From positions 1-64,000 of the forward strand of contig PS015093.1 in the NCBI GenBank assembly GCA_048213135.1: a DNA stretch of 64,000 nucleotides, read 5' to 3'. The translations under genes were made by a program, and so were the position numbers. The DNA comes from Reclinomonas americana ATCC 50394 (Eukaryota). This document shows, piece after piece, positions 13,634 to 26,100 of the stretch (the first letter of the stretch is position 1; each line of letters begins with the position of its first letter). The notes under the pieces were generated by a model. It was given only the letters and a program-made list of their open reading frames with translations, did no database searches and was not told the DNA's origin.

Positions 13634-16600
13634 ATGTCAACGGTGCGGGTTCCCTCTGTGCTGTGTGTGCTTTCACTGTGTGCTGACCATCGCACACGCA
13701 GTTCTCTGTCCGTGTCGTGGCCTCACACGATTCAACGCTCGTCGTGTTCGTGGAGGGCATGTCGGCTGCGTCCACTCTCGCGGACTTGCTGCGTGAGGCC
13801 ACACACTTGCTGCGGGAGAAGAGTGGAGATGAGGGAGTGGAGATTGTGGGGGTGGAGAAGCCATCAGAGTTCAAGATCGCCAAGGTTGGCGGAATGGAGC
13901 TGGACGACCTGGGCATCAAGAGCGACACTCCGTTGGTTGTGCGAGTGGCCATGTCGCCTGCTTCTGCAGCTGGCACCGTAAACGGAGTTCCAAGGTGATT
14001 CTGCGTGCGAAGCTGCTGTCTCTTGTGTGTGAGAGAGGATGCGTTTTACTCATCCAAGTGCATTCTTCATTTCCAGTGCTTCGGCATTGTCTGAGCGGTT
14101 TGTTGTCTGCCGAGGCGCTCCAGTTGATGTTGCTCACGCAACGCCTTGCACAGAATGGTGCACTCGAATCGCGTTGATGTGGCGTGGGAGGCTGTGGTCG
14201 ATGCTTTGCGTTTGCGCTGTCAATGCGCTCTGGCGCAGTTCAGTCGCGATCATGCCGACTTTGATGTGCGGGCATGGACTCCCGATGTGTGGACGCCACC
14301 GTTGTGCTTGCTTCCACTGGCGATCAAAGCGTGGTACGATCGACATGCACCGCTGCATCCCGGACGAGTCAAGTTATTTGCACCGCAGCAGCAGCACCTG
14401 CGCGACTGGAAGTGTGCCTTTGATGCTGACTCCGCTTCTGACCCTCCGTGTGACGCATTCGATGTGACGGCGTTGGTGTCGATCCTGCTGTTTGGTGGCT
14501 TTGTTGAAGATGATGGTCGCAAGCTGCGGCTAATTGACGACGCTGAAGAGCGCAAGGCTGTGGAACTGGTGCGTGAGGTACGGAATGAGTTGGCTCATGG
14601 ATCGTTGGGATGGGACGAGTCCACTGTGTACGAATATCTCGGTGACACTGGTATCTTCCTCTCCCTGTTGGTGAAGCTGCGCATTCCTGTTGATGCAGTC
14701 GCCAGATTTGCGACGCGGATTCGTGAGGCTCGCCACCTCGACTTCAGCGTCAGCACCTTCGAGGAGCGACTTTATCGACTGGCTTTCCGTGAGCTCTCGT
14801 TTTACCAGCACGACGAGAGTGTGCGCAAGGACATGCAGATGTATGTACCGCTGCTGTGCTCACGTGAGCGCGATGTCTCCGCGAGAGACAAGATGACAGA
14901 CCTGTTAGCGGAAGTGGATGCTTTCCTCTCCGACAAGAACACCATGCAGCATGTGCTGGTTTTATTCGGCAACAGCGGAGCCGGCAAGACCACCACCATG
15001 TCGGTGCTGGCTGAGCGAGCATGGGGGCAGTGGCAGGCGAGAGAGAGCAGACGAGTGCCTGTGCGTGTGCCTCTTGGTTCATTGCGCAATGCCGATGAGC
15101 GACTGTTGGAGGAAGCATTGGAGCGACTGTCACCCGAGTTGGGATTCAGTGAGGCGGATGTGCGACGATTGAAGGAGGAGCCACTTCTGTTGTTGCTTGA
15201 CGGATACGATGAGTTGTACCGTGGGGTGAATCTGTTTGTCAAGAACCAGCTGGATGTTTGTCGCGATGTGAAGGTGATAATCACTTGTCGCGGTGATTAC
15301 GCCCTGACGGCACTGGGTGGTGTTGCGCAGTATCGACGGTACTTTGCACCGGTGGATGCACGTGGACAGTTGTGCATGCAGCAGCTGATGGAGCGACACA
15401 TTGCGCCGTTCAACAAGGAGCAGATCGAAAAGTACATTGAGCGACTGGTATCACGAGTGAGCGATGACGATGGTGAGGTGCGGTGGTCAACAGCCGAGGA
15501 GTACATGCGTGCGCTGATGGGTATTCGTGGGTTGGATGTGCTGGTGTCGAACCCGTTCCTGTTGGCTGTGGTGGCTCGTGTGTTGCCGGAGTTGGTGGCG
15601 AGTGGCGTGCAGCGACCAACTCGGTGTGATGTGTTTGACCGATTCATTCGACAGTGGATTGTGAGAGAGCAGGAGAGACAGACGCGTCTTGGTGCGAAGC
15701 GTGTACCGAGTGAGGACTTGTGTATCGCATTCTGTGAGGGACTGGCACGGTTGATGCATGAGAGGAATGTGGTGCGTGTGTCTGTGATAGAGAATCGAGC
15801 AGGTGATGACGGAGAGGAAGAGGAGGAGGACGACTTTGGTGGTGCGCCACTCTCCGTGCGACGAGTGGTCGAAGGACCGTTTGACAAGTTCCTCGGGCAC
15901 AAGAACCAACATGTGCGAGTTTGCTGTCCGATTGTGCGACGGTTTGGGACGACGCAGTGGGGATTCGTGCATCTGTCGTTGCTGGAGCACTGTGTGGCAC
16001 GGCATGTGTTTGCGTGGGAGACGTGGGATGAGGAGAGGAGATTGACGATGCAAGATGTGCAGCAGCATGTGTTGGCTGTGCGCCTGCTGAATGATCGACC
16101 ATCGTTGGTAGGGCAGATGGCTGAGGTGGTGCGACGATCGTCTCGATTGCAAGCGAGACTGTGGGAGGTGATTGAGTTGTCACGAGAGGTGGATAGTCAG
16201 CGAGTGGTGACTGCAGCCGCGAATGCAGCAACAGTGTTGTGTGTGGCACAAGTGTCGTTCAGTGGACGAGATCTGTCGGGTGTGCGAGTGAGAGGTGCGG
16301 ATCTGAGAGATGCGGTGATGCACAGGACGGTGTGGAGGGGAGCGGATTTGCGAGGAGTGAATGTGTGCATGGTGAATTCGATTGCGGCAGACTTCAGAGG
16401 AGCGGATGTGACGGAGGTTAAGTGGCCGAGGAAGCCGTTGATGGGTCATGGTCGCTTGGTGAATACTGTCCGCGTCACCCCCGATGGCCAGCATGTTGTG
16501 AGTGGCAGCGGCGACGGGACTGTACGAATGTGGTCGATGGCAAGTGGTTATGAGGTGCGCCGACTGCAAGGCCACACTGGTGAGGTGAATGCAGTGGCGG

Positions 16601-17460
16601 TTACACCCGATGGTCAGTACATTGTGAGTGGCAGTGTGGACAGCACTGTACGGGTGTGGTCGGTGGCGAGAGGTGAAGAGGCGCATCGATTACAAGGGCA
16701 CTGGGGTGCGGTGAATGCAGTGGCAGTGACACCCGATGGTCAGTACATTGTGAGTGGCAGTGTGGACAGCACTGTACGGGTGTGGTCGGTGGCAAGTGGT
16801 GAAGAGGTGCGCCGACTGAAAGGCCACACGCATGGGGTGTGGGCAGTGGCAGTGACACCCGATGGCCAGTACATTGTGAGTGGCAATGGTGACAGGACTG
16901 TACGGTTGTGGTCGGTGGCGAGTGGCGAGGAAGTGCGCGGACTGGAAGGCCACACATTGTGGGTGCGTGCTGTGGCAGTGACACCCGATGGCCAGCACAT
17001 TGTGAGTGGCAGTTATGACAGTACTGTGCGGATGTGGTCAGTGGCAAGTGGCGAGGAGGTGCACCGACTGGAAGGCCACACATTGTCGGTGACTGCAGTG
17101 GCAGTGACACCCGATAGCCTGCACATTGTGAGTGGCAGTGAAGACAAGACTGTGCGAGTGTGGTCGGTGGTAAGCGGAGAACATGTGCGCCTGCTTAGAG
17201 GGCACACTAGTGGTGTGCTTTCTGTCGCTGTCACTTTGGTGAATCAGCTTACTATGAGCGACAGCGATGTGGAGGCAAGCGGAGGTTCACGACGAGACTC
17301 TCGAGTACTCCTCGTTCTCGCATCTGGCGAGCTCGTCTTCACCGTCGAGCTCAACGTCCAGAATTCTGACACGGAGGATCGCGAACTCCGCAGACACCAA
17401 GGGGGCTTGCGCGAGCGGAATTCTGAGCTGATGCCCCATTTTTCTGGGGCCTTGTATTGA
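13634..17460 (+). CDS. NLR-like protein: ubiquitin-like + HEPN-like + NACHT + pentapeptide repeats + WD40 repeats (~1209 aa; exons 13634-13642, 13702-13994, 14077-14097, 14154-17460)
   Basis: All three introns are GT-AG and phase-consistent. UBL-like: TLADLL...LDDLGIKSDTPLVVRV. HEPN-like: FDVTALVSILL...VREVRNELAH. Walker A: GNSGAGKTT (14968). Walker B: LLLLLDGYDE. Also KVIITCR, NPFLL, FVHLSLLEH, AAANAATVL, then GADLRD/GADLRG/AADFRG, then 6-7 WD40 repeats. Confidence 0.9.
16441..17235 (+). repeat. 126-nt (42-aa) coding tandem repeat, WD40 units with high internal identity
   Basis: The TPD codons start at 16477, 16603, 16729, 16855, 16981 and 17107, exactly 126 nt apart; a partial seventh unit follows. 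Confidence 0.95.
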
Positions 17461-17731
17461 TCGCTGTCTCACGACGTCCATGAGATCATCGCTTGGTTGT
17501 AATAAATTCATGATCATGCATCGGGAACAAATCGAGTGCAAGCCAGTGGCAGACCACCGACAATCTCTCTTCACCTGCAGTTGTTTTAGTTTCACACGCA
17601 CAGTCACAGTGGCGGTGCGTGCATCTCACCACGGAAACGGCAACGACGCCGCACATTTTGGTCATGATTCGTAACGGTCAATTTCCTCAACCTTGTGGCG
17701 AGCAAAGACAACAAACGAGAAATACAAAAGA

Positions 17732-20704
17732 ATGACAGCGCACCAACAACGCCAGTGGTTCGACGAGACCACCTGGTCGTCGTCATCAGAGGACGACGAC
17801 GACGACGACTTCAACCATGAGCGACCAGCACGCAACAACAACAACAACAGCAGTGGCGCAATGATTCGCATGGACGTGGTGGTTCCCTCGTATCGTGTGC
17901 GCCTCGATCGCCTGCGCGACATTCTGCGCATTCGTAATGGACGCGTGGATGTGCCGTTGGACGATGAGGATCGGCGGGAGCGCGGCGGCGGAGTCGACAC
18001 CATGATGGATGTCAACTTTTACTTGGTGATTGATAATCCGCACATTCCGTTGCCGGCGGAGATCAAGAGCTGGGGGAAGTTGCAGGGTGCGTGGAGAGGG
18101 CAAGGGGAGAGGGGAGGGAGGGAAGGGGAGAGGGGAGAGAGGAGAAGAGAGAGAGAGAGAGTGACTGCACTCGCGCAGAGGCAGTTGTTGGGAGCAATCA
18201 AGAGAGTGGGTGAGAGAGGGAGTTGATCGCAGCGTTGCACGAGCCTTGCAGCACCTTAGTGCGTGTCGTGGCAAGCGAGAAAGGAGAGCAAGAGATCCTC
18301 ATCTGAATTTGAGAGTACGAGAAGGCCCTTGCGCTTTTGCCTGAGCATCAGAGAAAGACAATGGTGGTCGAGGCTGTGGCTTGACGTTGGGAGGGAGGGA
18401 GAGGGGGCTGAGAGGGAGTATCGCAGGTTGGCGCGAGAATCTCTGCGAATTGCGCTGTCCTTGTGACGGATCATCACCTCCTCGACGCTGTCTTTTGTTT
18501 TCCATCATGTCCGGTTTCCGTCTTCTCTCCTCCTCAGTGCTCATGTGGTGAGCCTAGAGGCCACAGTATGTATCTCGTGCTCTTCCTTCTCCTCTCAGGT
18601 GTCCCGTCGTAAACCGTGCGCGTTCTTGATCCCGCCTATCTCTCCACTGTAAAGCATAGACAGCTCTGTCTCTCTTTCGATCCGTCATCCGCCTTCTCTC
18701 TCCTCAGTGTCCATGTTACGACTCGCGTTATGGAGGCTACAGTGCACTCTTCGCCTTTGCAAGTTAAACTTGCATTTTGAGAGTATCTGGCTGGTCCCGT
18801 CGTCCACCCTTTTTGTGTTTCCATATCGACCATGAAGACAGCCTCATCTTGGTGGCCTTGGCTTCTCGTGTTCTTGCTCTGAGGCAGTCTGATCCGCCGT
18901 GATCTGCTATCCTTGTCGTAGCCGATCTCAGAAGTGCTTCTTCCTTTCCTTCTCACGCTCCTCGTTTATGCAGATCTGTGCTTCTCTTTCTCTCTTCTTG
19001 TTGCCATTCTCTTTGCACTCTCAGTTGCAAGAAGAGAGCACCCTCGTTCTCCTCTCTTACACATGCTTGCCCCGCTTCTTTCCACTCTTGTTGCGTCAGA
19101 TCTGTCCTCTCTCGCAGAATGGATGCATTCTTCTTCTCTCGCCATCCCTGCATGCCCAGTTTCCATTCTTTTCTCTGTGACCTTGTTGCATGAGCCACTC
19201 TGATAGGGGCCTCCGTGCTCTAGCGCGTGCGAACTTCATTCATGTTGACATGAGCACGGGTGTGTTACTGCGAGTTGATGGTCTCTCTCTCTCTCTCTCA
19301 CACTCATTCTCTGACGCCTTCTCTTGCCCACTCTTCCTACTCATCGCCCTTCTTCACCTTCGTCCCTTCCCCCTTCCCTGTCCCCTCACTTTCCCTTTCC
19401 CTTCCCCCCCCTCAGGCGGCAACCGCCTCCACATCCTCGTCAACGAGCGCAACCTCGGCGCCTCTGGCAGCCGCACCCGCGGCATGCAAGCCGGCAGCGG
19501 CGACTGGATCGTGTTCCTCGACGACGACGTGATTCCCGACGAGGACCTCCTGGAGCGCTACGCTGCCTACTTTCGCGGCGCCGAGGCCGAGATGGGCCGC
19601 CGCCCCAACAAGCCATTCCCGGGCTTTGTCGGCCTCGCCGCCTTCCCCACCCCCAAGACGTCGCTCACGCGCGGCTTTGTGGCCAGCGACATTTCCGCTT
19701 GCTGGGCCTGGTCACTGAAGGGCCCGTACTGCCCGTGGGGCGTGACGGCCAACATTGCGGTGCGCCGCGCCGTCGTCGAGGGCACCTGCTTCCCCAAGGA
19801 CGATCCGCGCCACGGCAACGTGCTGGAATTCTCCCCGCTCTTCCCCAACACTGGTGGGTGATGAATGAGGAGAAAGTAGCGATGATTATGCCGGCGCTGA
19901 CGATCTTCTTTTTTCGTGATGCAGGTGGTGGCGAGGATGTCGAATTCTGCCTGCAGCTGGTGCAGCGCTGCGATGGTCGCCGCTTCCGCTCGGCGCCCGA
20001 GGCTCGCATCAGTCACCCATACTGGGGTGCCACTTCGTGTGACGATGGCAATGCCGCCGTCAACGGTGCCGCCTGTCGCCGCGAGTGCTATCGCCACTTT
20101 TTCGGCTGGGCCTTTGGCGACGGCTGCCTCAACATTGCGCACCCGCACCTCACCTTCCGCGTGCTGCCGTCGGCGGTCGAGCTCATCTCGTTCCTCGTGG
20201 CCGCCTTTGCCTTGAGCTTTGTGTTTGGTGGTGGTGCGTTACTTCGCCAAGAGTTTTCCGTGCAAGAAAAGTTGACCAACACAATGTTGTGTGCCACACA
20301 GGCCTGGCCTTCTCCGTCGCCTCCCTCCTGCTGTCGGCCGCGGGCATCCTGTTTGCCGACTTTTGCTGGGAAGCGTCACGCGTGGCCGTGCAGAAGAACA
20401 TCTGGAATCCGAAAGTGTGGGCCGAGAGCTACATTTGCCGCTTCCTCACCGACTTTGGCCGCATGTACGCGCTGATTTGGTGAGTGGTTGCGAGGGAGAA
20501 GAGGAGAGGTGTGTGGAAAAAGGAGGCTCACTCCACGTGTGGCACAACAGGCGCAGCCACTGGAAGTACATTTGCACGCGTTTCGACTTTTTGCTGGATC
20601 GCAAGGCCGTGGCCGCGCAAAAGGAGCGCGAGGCGAAGAAATTCCTGTCGTTTGCGACAATGACCGCCATCTCTACGGCCGCCATGTACTCTCTGCTGGC
20701 CTGA
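17732..20704 (+). CDS. Glycosyltransferase family 2 membrane protein (5 exons, long intron 18087-19415)
   Basis: MDVVVPSYR, FYLVIDNP, NLGASGSRTRG, WIVFLDDDVIP (DxD), WGVTANIAVRR, GGGEDVEFC, and C-terminal hydrophobic helices. Confidence 0.85.
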
Positions 20705-21624
20705 AGTGGTTCCAGCATGGAGAGTGGGAGGGGAGGAGGAGGAGAGAAAATCTTGTGCGAAACACACTGCGTGTTATGGTGAAATGTTTTTTTATATCGC
20801 ATCGTTGAATGAACGAGCAGAGGTCTGCGCTGGGGAAACAAGTTCTCTTTACAACAACAACGACAACAACAACAACTTTACTAATCCAAACAGCAACACA
20901 GCTGCATGATGATCACCATCTTGAGTGAGCACCAGAAACTCAGACAACCCGGCAAAACCGAGAAAAAATCGAGATGTGTTCAGCCGCACCACCAACGTAC
21001 GACACCACCACTGTTTGCTTTTGCTTTGCCTGCTTCACGGATCCGGACCCGGCTTTGCTTTGNNNNNNNNNNNNNNNNNNNNNNNNNNNNNNNNNNNNNN
21101 NNNNNNNNNNNNNNNNNNNNNNNNNNNNNNNNNNNNNNNNNNNNNNNNNNNNNNNNNNNNNNNNNNNNNNNNNNNNNNNNNNNNNNNNNNNNNNNNNNNN
21201 NNNNNNNNNNNNNNNNNNNNNNNNNNNNNNNNNNNNNNNNNNNNNNNNNNNNNNNNNNNNNNNNNNNNNNNNNNNNNNNNNNNNNNNNNNNNNNNNNNNN
21301 NNNNNNNNNNNNNNNNNNNNNNNNNNNNNNNNNNNNNNNNNNNNNNNNNNNNNNNNNNNNNNNNNNNNNNNNNNNNNNNNNNNNNNNNNNNNNNNNNNNN
21401 NNNNNNNNNNNNNNNNNNNNNNNNNNNNNNNNNNNNNNNNNNNNNNNNNNNNNNNNNNNNNNNNNNNNNNNNNNNNNNNNNNNNNNNNNNNNNNNNNNNN
21501 NNNNNNNNNNNNNNNNNNNNNNNNNNNNNNNNNNNNNNNNNNNNNNNNNNNNNNNNNNNNNNNNNNNNNNNNNNNNNNNNNNNNNNNNNNNNNNNNNNNN
21601 NNNNNNNNNNNNCGTCCGACGAGC

Positions 21625-21675
<51 letters not shown>

Positions 21676-22109
21676 AACCTGCTCGCTGCTGCCTCATGAT
21701 CAAGATCGGTGTCTCTGTGTGGATGTTTTGGATACGATTGAACTTGGTCATCAAGACAGCTGTTGCTTGTTTGCTGGTGAATGTCTTCGTTGTTAGAAAA
21801 ATCGGTGCATATACCGGTTCCGGTATTTCATGCAAATTGTGCAAATATCTCACGACGTCGACTGCACCGTCAAAGGCACTGACAAAACGCAACCCACTGT
21901 AATAACCTACTCAACCACAAGCTACAGCAAAGGAAAAAGCAACATCGCCAGTTGCAAGACAACTCCAATCGGGACAAACGTCGAGAGTCGCTAATATGAC
22001 GTAAGTGCCACGTGGCATTCCTCTTCTTGCCTCTTGCGTGCGAGCGACGACCACATGAGAGCACTCTCTTGCACACACTTTCTCCTCCTCACGCTGCTCA
22101 CTCTCCTCG

Positions 22110-22363
22110 CATGTGCGTCATTGAGTGTGGCCCTTCGCGGAGTGTACAAGCCGTGTCGACGCCACGGCACTCAAGTGCAGTGTTACAAGGTAAGAAGAGA
22201 AGAGTGAGAGAGTGAGTGTGTAAGAGAGACTTGAGACTTACTCTCTCTGTGTTTGTGTGTGGCCAGACTCATCCTCAGGCGATTCCCGGAGACTGTGACT
22301 CGACTGATCGCAAGCCTGATCCGAAGCTGCCTGATCCGCGAGGTGTGCGTGAGAGAGAGAGAG

Positions 22364-22409
<46 letters not shown>

Positions 22410-22870
22410 CGAGAGAGAGTGTGAGTGAGTGAGAGAGTGTGAGTGAGTGAGTGAGTGAGTGAGTGAGTGAGTGAGTGTGTGTGTGTGTGTGTTGNNNNNN
22501 NNNNNNNNNNNNNNNNNNNNNNNNNNNNNNNNNNNNNNNNNNNNNNNNNNNNNNNNNNNNNNNNNNNNNNNNNNNNNNNNNNNNNNNNNNNNNNNNNNNN
22601 NNNNNNNNNNNNNNNNNNNNNNNNNNNNNNNNNNNNNNNNNNNNNNNNNNNNNNNNNNNNNNNNNNNNNNNNNNNNNNNNNNNNNNNNNNNNNNNNNNNN
22701 NNNNNNNNNNNNNNNNNNNNNNNNNNNNNNNNNNNNNNNNNNNNNNNNNNNNNNNNNNNNNNNNNNNNNNNNNNNNNNNNNNNNNNNNNNNNNNNNNNNN
22801 NNNNNNNNNNNNNNNNNNNNNNNNNNNNNNNNNNNNNNNNNNTTCGTTGTTGTCTCTTCGTCTCTTCTCT

Positions 22871-22922
<52 letters not shown>

Positions 22923-23113
22923 CCCCTTCCCGCTTTTCCTCACCCCTTCCCCCTTCCCCCTCCACAGCCTGCGAACCCGGCACCTGCACCGCCGAAATCG
23001 ACGTCTGCCGTCGCATGTGCAAGATGCAGACCGACTGGGACCTGCAGGAGGTGTGCATGCTGCACTGCAACGACGTGTCATCCGACTGTTTCAACTCGTG
23101 CGGGTATTATTGA
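22110..23113 (+). CDS. Small Cys-rich protein, partial; 5' end uncertain and interrupted by a gap
   Basis: Last exon after a polypyrimidine/cag acceptor: CEPGTCTAEIDVCRRMCKMQTDWDLQEVCMLHCNDVSSDCFNSCGYY*. Possible upstream exons ...YKPCRRHGTQVQCYK|THPQAIPGDCDSTDRKPDPKLPDPR. Confidence 0.45.
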
Positions 23114-23157
23114 ACGATGCACACATTCTTTTCTTTCCTACTCCCACTCTTTCGCGA

Positions 23158-26100
23158 TCATTCATCGTCGGCGGCGTCGTCGTCGCCGTCCTTGCCCACG
23201 CCGGACTCGTAGTGCACACCGTCGTTGCAGGACAGCGGCACGCCAAACACATGATTGGAGAGCCAGTGCATAGGGTGGCGCACGGCGTAGCGCGCCTCGG
23301 GACACAGCTTGGCGAGGTTGGCGTAGCCGTGGCACAGACCGTCCCAAATGTGCAGTTGGACCTGTGTGCGGCATTGCATGATCATCAAGCAGTAAGCAGC
23401 AGCACACAAAGAAGTGTTGCTGGAAAACAGAGAGGAATCACACGCAACATCCTTGCGCAGGTGCATCAGGCGCTCGCACATGTACAGGCTGTCGTCCAGC
23501 AGCGGGTCGTTGCCGCCGGCACAAAAGTAGGTCGGCGGGAAGCGCGAGAGGATCTCGTCTGTGAGTGTGTGTGTGTGTGTGTGACGGTGAGACACTCCAT
23601 AGCGACACAAGAGAGTAAGTGTGTGCGAGAGAGTGAGAGCGAGAGTGTGCGACGAACACAGGATAGTGAGCGTGTGCGACAAAGTGAGTGAGCGAGTGAG
23701 TGTGTGCGGATGTGAGAGAGAGAGATCGTGGAAGAATGAAAGTGTAAGAGCACGCGAAAGAGTGTGCGACAGAGTGTGTGTGTGCGCGAGAACAGCGAGA
23801 AGGGATGGGGAGATCGCAAGGCATACACTGACGGGGTGTGTGTGTGTGATGGAGAGAGAAAGAGAGATGTCGCTGCCTGTCTACCTCCATCTCCCTCTCT
23901 CACACACACACACTGTCGCACACTCTTTCGCATGCTCTCACTCTTCTTTCTTGCAAGATCATCGAAGCAGCGAGAAACAGCGAGAAGGGATTCACAGAAA
24001 AATCGTGTGCACGACAAGCAGTGAGACGCACCACTCAGATTGGCGGGGCTCACAAACGGGTGGGTCTGCAAGTGGCGGTTCTCCTCGCCCAGGTACGCGT
24101 CGAGGAGCTTGATGACGAACGCCATGTTGAGCTGCACATTCGTGACTCGTGAGAAATGAGTGTCGAGAGTCACGCTGCAAGCAGCACATCGCACCATAGG
24201 ATCAATGGAGGCCAACAGACGCGCGGGCGAGATCATTTGCTCCAGCATCACAGCCGGGTACAGCAGAATGGCGGCAGTCGGCGCCGGCATGCCAAGGGAC
24301 AATGCCTGTGCACGCGTACACAACAGTGAGCATCTCACTAAACCATAAAGAGCGACTCGAGCAGAAGCAGACCTTGCCCATGACAGCAGCCACAAAATTG
24401 CCACCAGCTGAATCACCGACAAGCACCACGTGCTTGAAGGGAGAGGCTGCACGTAGAGTGAGCATCACATCAACACAAATCGTCACGTGAGTGAATGCCG
24501 CAACTCTCGTCACGAGTCATGCGCAGTGCCCAGGCGTACGTGTCGAGACACTCGTCAAGCGCAATCGGATACTTGGCCTGCGGGGCCAGAGAGTAGTCGA
24601 CACTGACCACGACCATGTCTGTCATCTTGGACCTGTGTGCAGACGACAAAGATAAGAATGTACGCCAGTCGCTCTTGTCACGTCGCAAATGGACGCAACC
24701 AGGCACGCAGGTAGCCCTCGTGCATTGTCGGCGACATGGCCACAAAACCGCCGCCGTGGAAGTGCAACAAGATGGTATTGGCGTGTGTCGGCGGCGGCCT
24801 TGACGACAGGCCATAGGCGGGTCCTGCCGCGTCCGGACCGTCGGTGTATGTCTCCCTCGTCTGTCGACCGCCCAGCAACTGCGCGCACACGCACAAGTCA
24901 GCTATCAACTTTACAAACACACGGCAGAACAATAACACCAATAAAATCTCTCACTCTCTATCTCTCGTCTCGTCTCTCCCTCTTTTTCCTCTCTCTCTTT
25001 CGTGCTCCCTTCTCTCTCTCTCTTCTATCTCTTCTATCTCTCTGTCTTCTCTCTCTCTCTCTCTTCCTCACATTTCGATTTTTCTGTGAATCCCTTCTCG
25101 CTGTTTCTCGCTGCTTCGATGATCGTGCACGAAGAAGAGTGAGAGCATTCTCTCTCTCGTGCCCCCTTCTCTCTCTCTCAATCTATCTATCTCTCTCCAT
25201 GTCTCTCCATCTCTTTCCTTCTCCCTCGTCCTCTCCCTTTCCGTCCTTCTCTCCCTCTCCCGATGCTGCGTCACTCACAATTCCCTCTTGCCCAATCATG
25301 CATTCCACACAAACCCCCCACTCTCAAACAACGGATCCTCACCGACGACTCCTCGGCGTTGGGATTGCGCGCGCATTGGCAGCAGCAGCAACCGCACGTC
25401 ATGTCAACCTGGATGCTGACATCACCGCTGGGAAGAGTGACGGCACGTGCACGTCGATGGGCGCTGATGAGACGCGCGCGGAGTGCGCCAATCTGGAAGC
25501 TCGATTGGTCGGGTGCTGCAGGCCATCAGCAGGAGGTGAGATTGTTCGCCATTACAAAACTTTTCTCCATCACAAACACACCTCCTGGAACCGGCAACAA
25601 CGGGCGAGGAATGCTAATCTCACGAGAGGTATTGATGCGCGGATTGGTGGCGCGCTCCACTGCTCCCACCAGCTTGTTGCCGTACATGTTCCACACCACA
25701 ATCTTCTGCTCCAGGGTGGACTCGATAAAGAACTTTTGGCACTGTGCAACAGGTCAGCCGACGAGAGTACGCGGGCATTTTCCTTCTTCCCTCGCGCACA
25801 CACACGTACCAACTCGGCGGCTCGCTCGCCACGTGCCTTGTAGTACGGCACCTTGCAGCAGAGGTAGCACACCTGCGAACACCAGTTCTTGCGCTCGGCG
25901 AGACCCTCGCCGCCGGCTTGCAGGTAGACCAGCAGCTTGAGGAGAGTCTTGACACCGGGAACGAACTGTGACAGCCGACAAGTGAGTCAAGAGGGCGCGA
26001 TTCTGTAATGGAACGATTGTACAAAAGGGGACGAACATGACCACCGAGGTGACGCAAAAACGGCACGACGTTGACGCCGCGGTACTCGGCCATGTGCGTG

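Noticed and set aside
13634-17460. Bacterial contamination or insertion explaining the long ORF
   Set aside because: It is joined to upstream exons by phase-consistent spliceosomal introns and is contiguous with intron-containing neighbours.
18087-19415. Transposable element in the long GT2 intron
   Set aside because: Only degenerate local repeats; no terminal repeats, target-site duplication or transposase/RT ORF seen.
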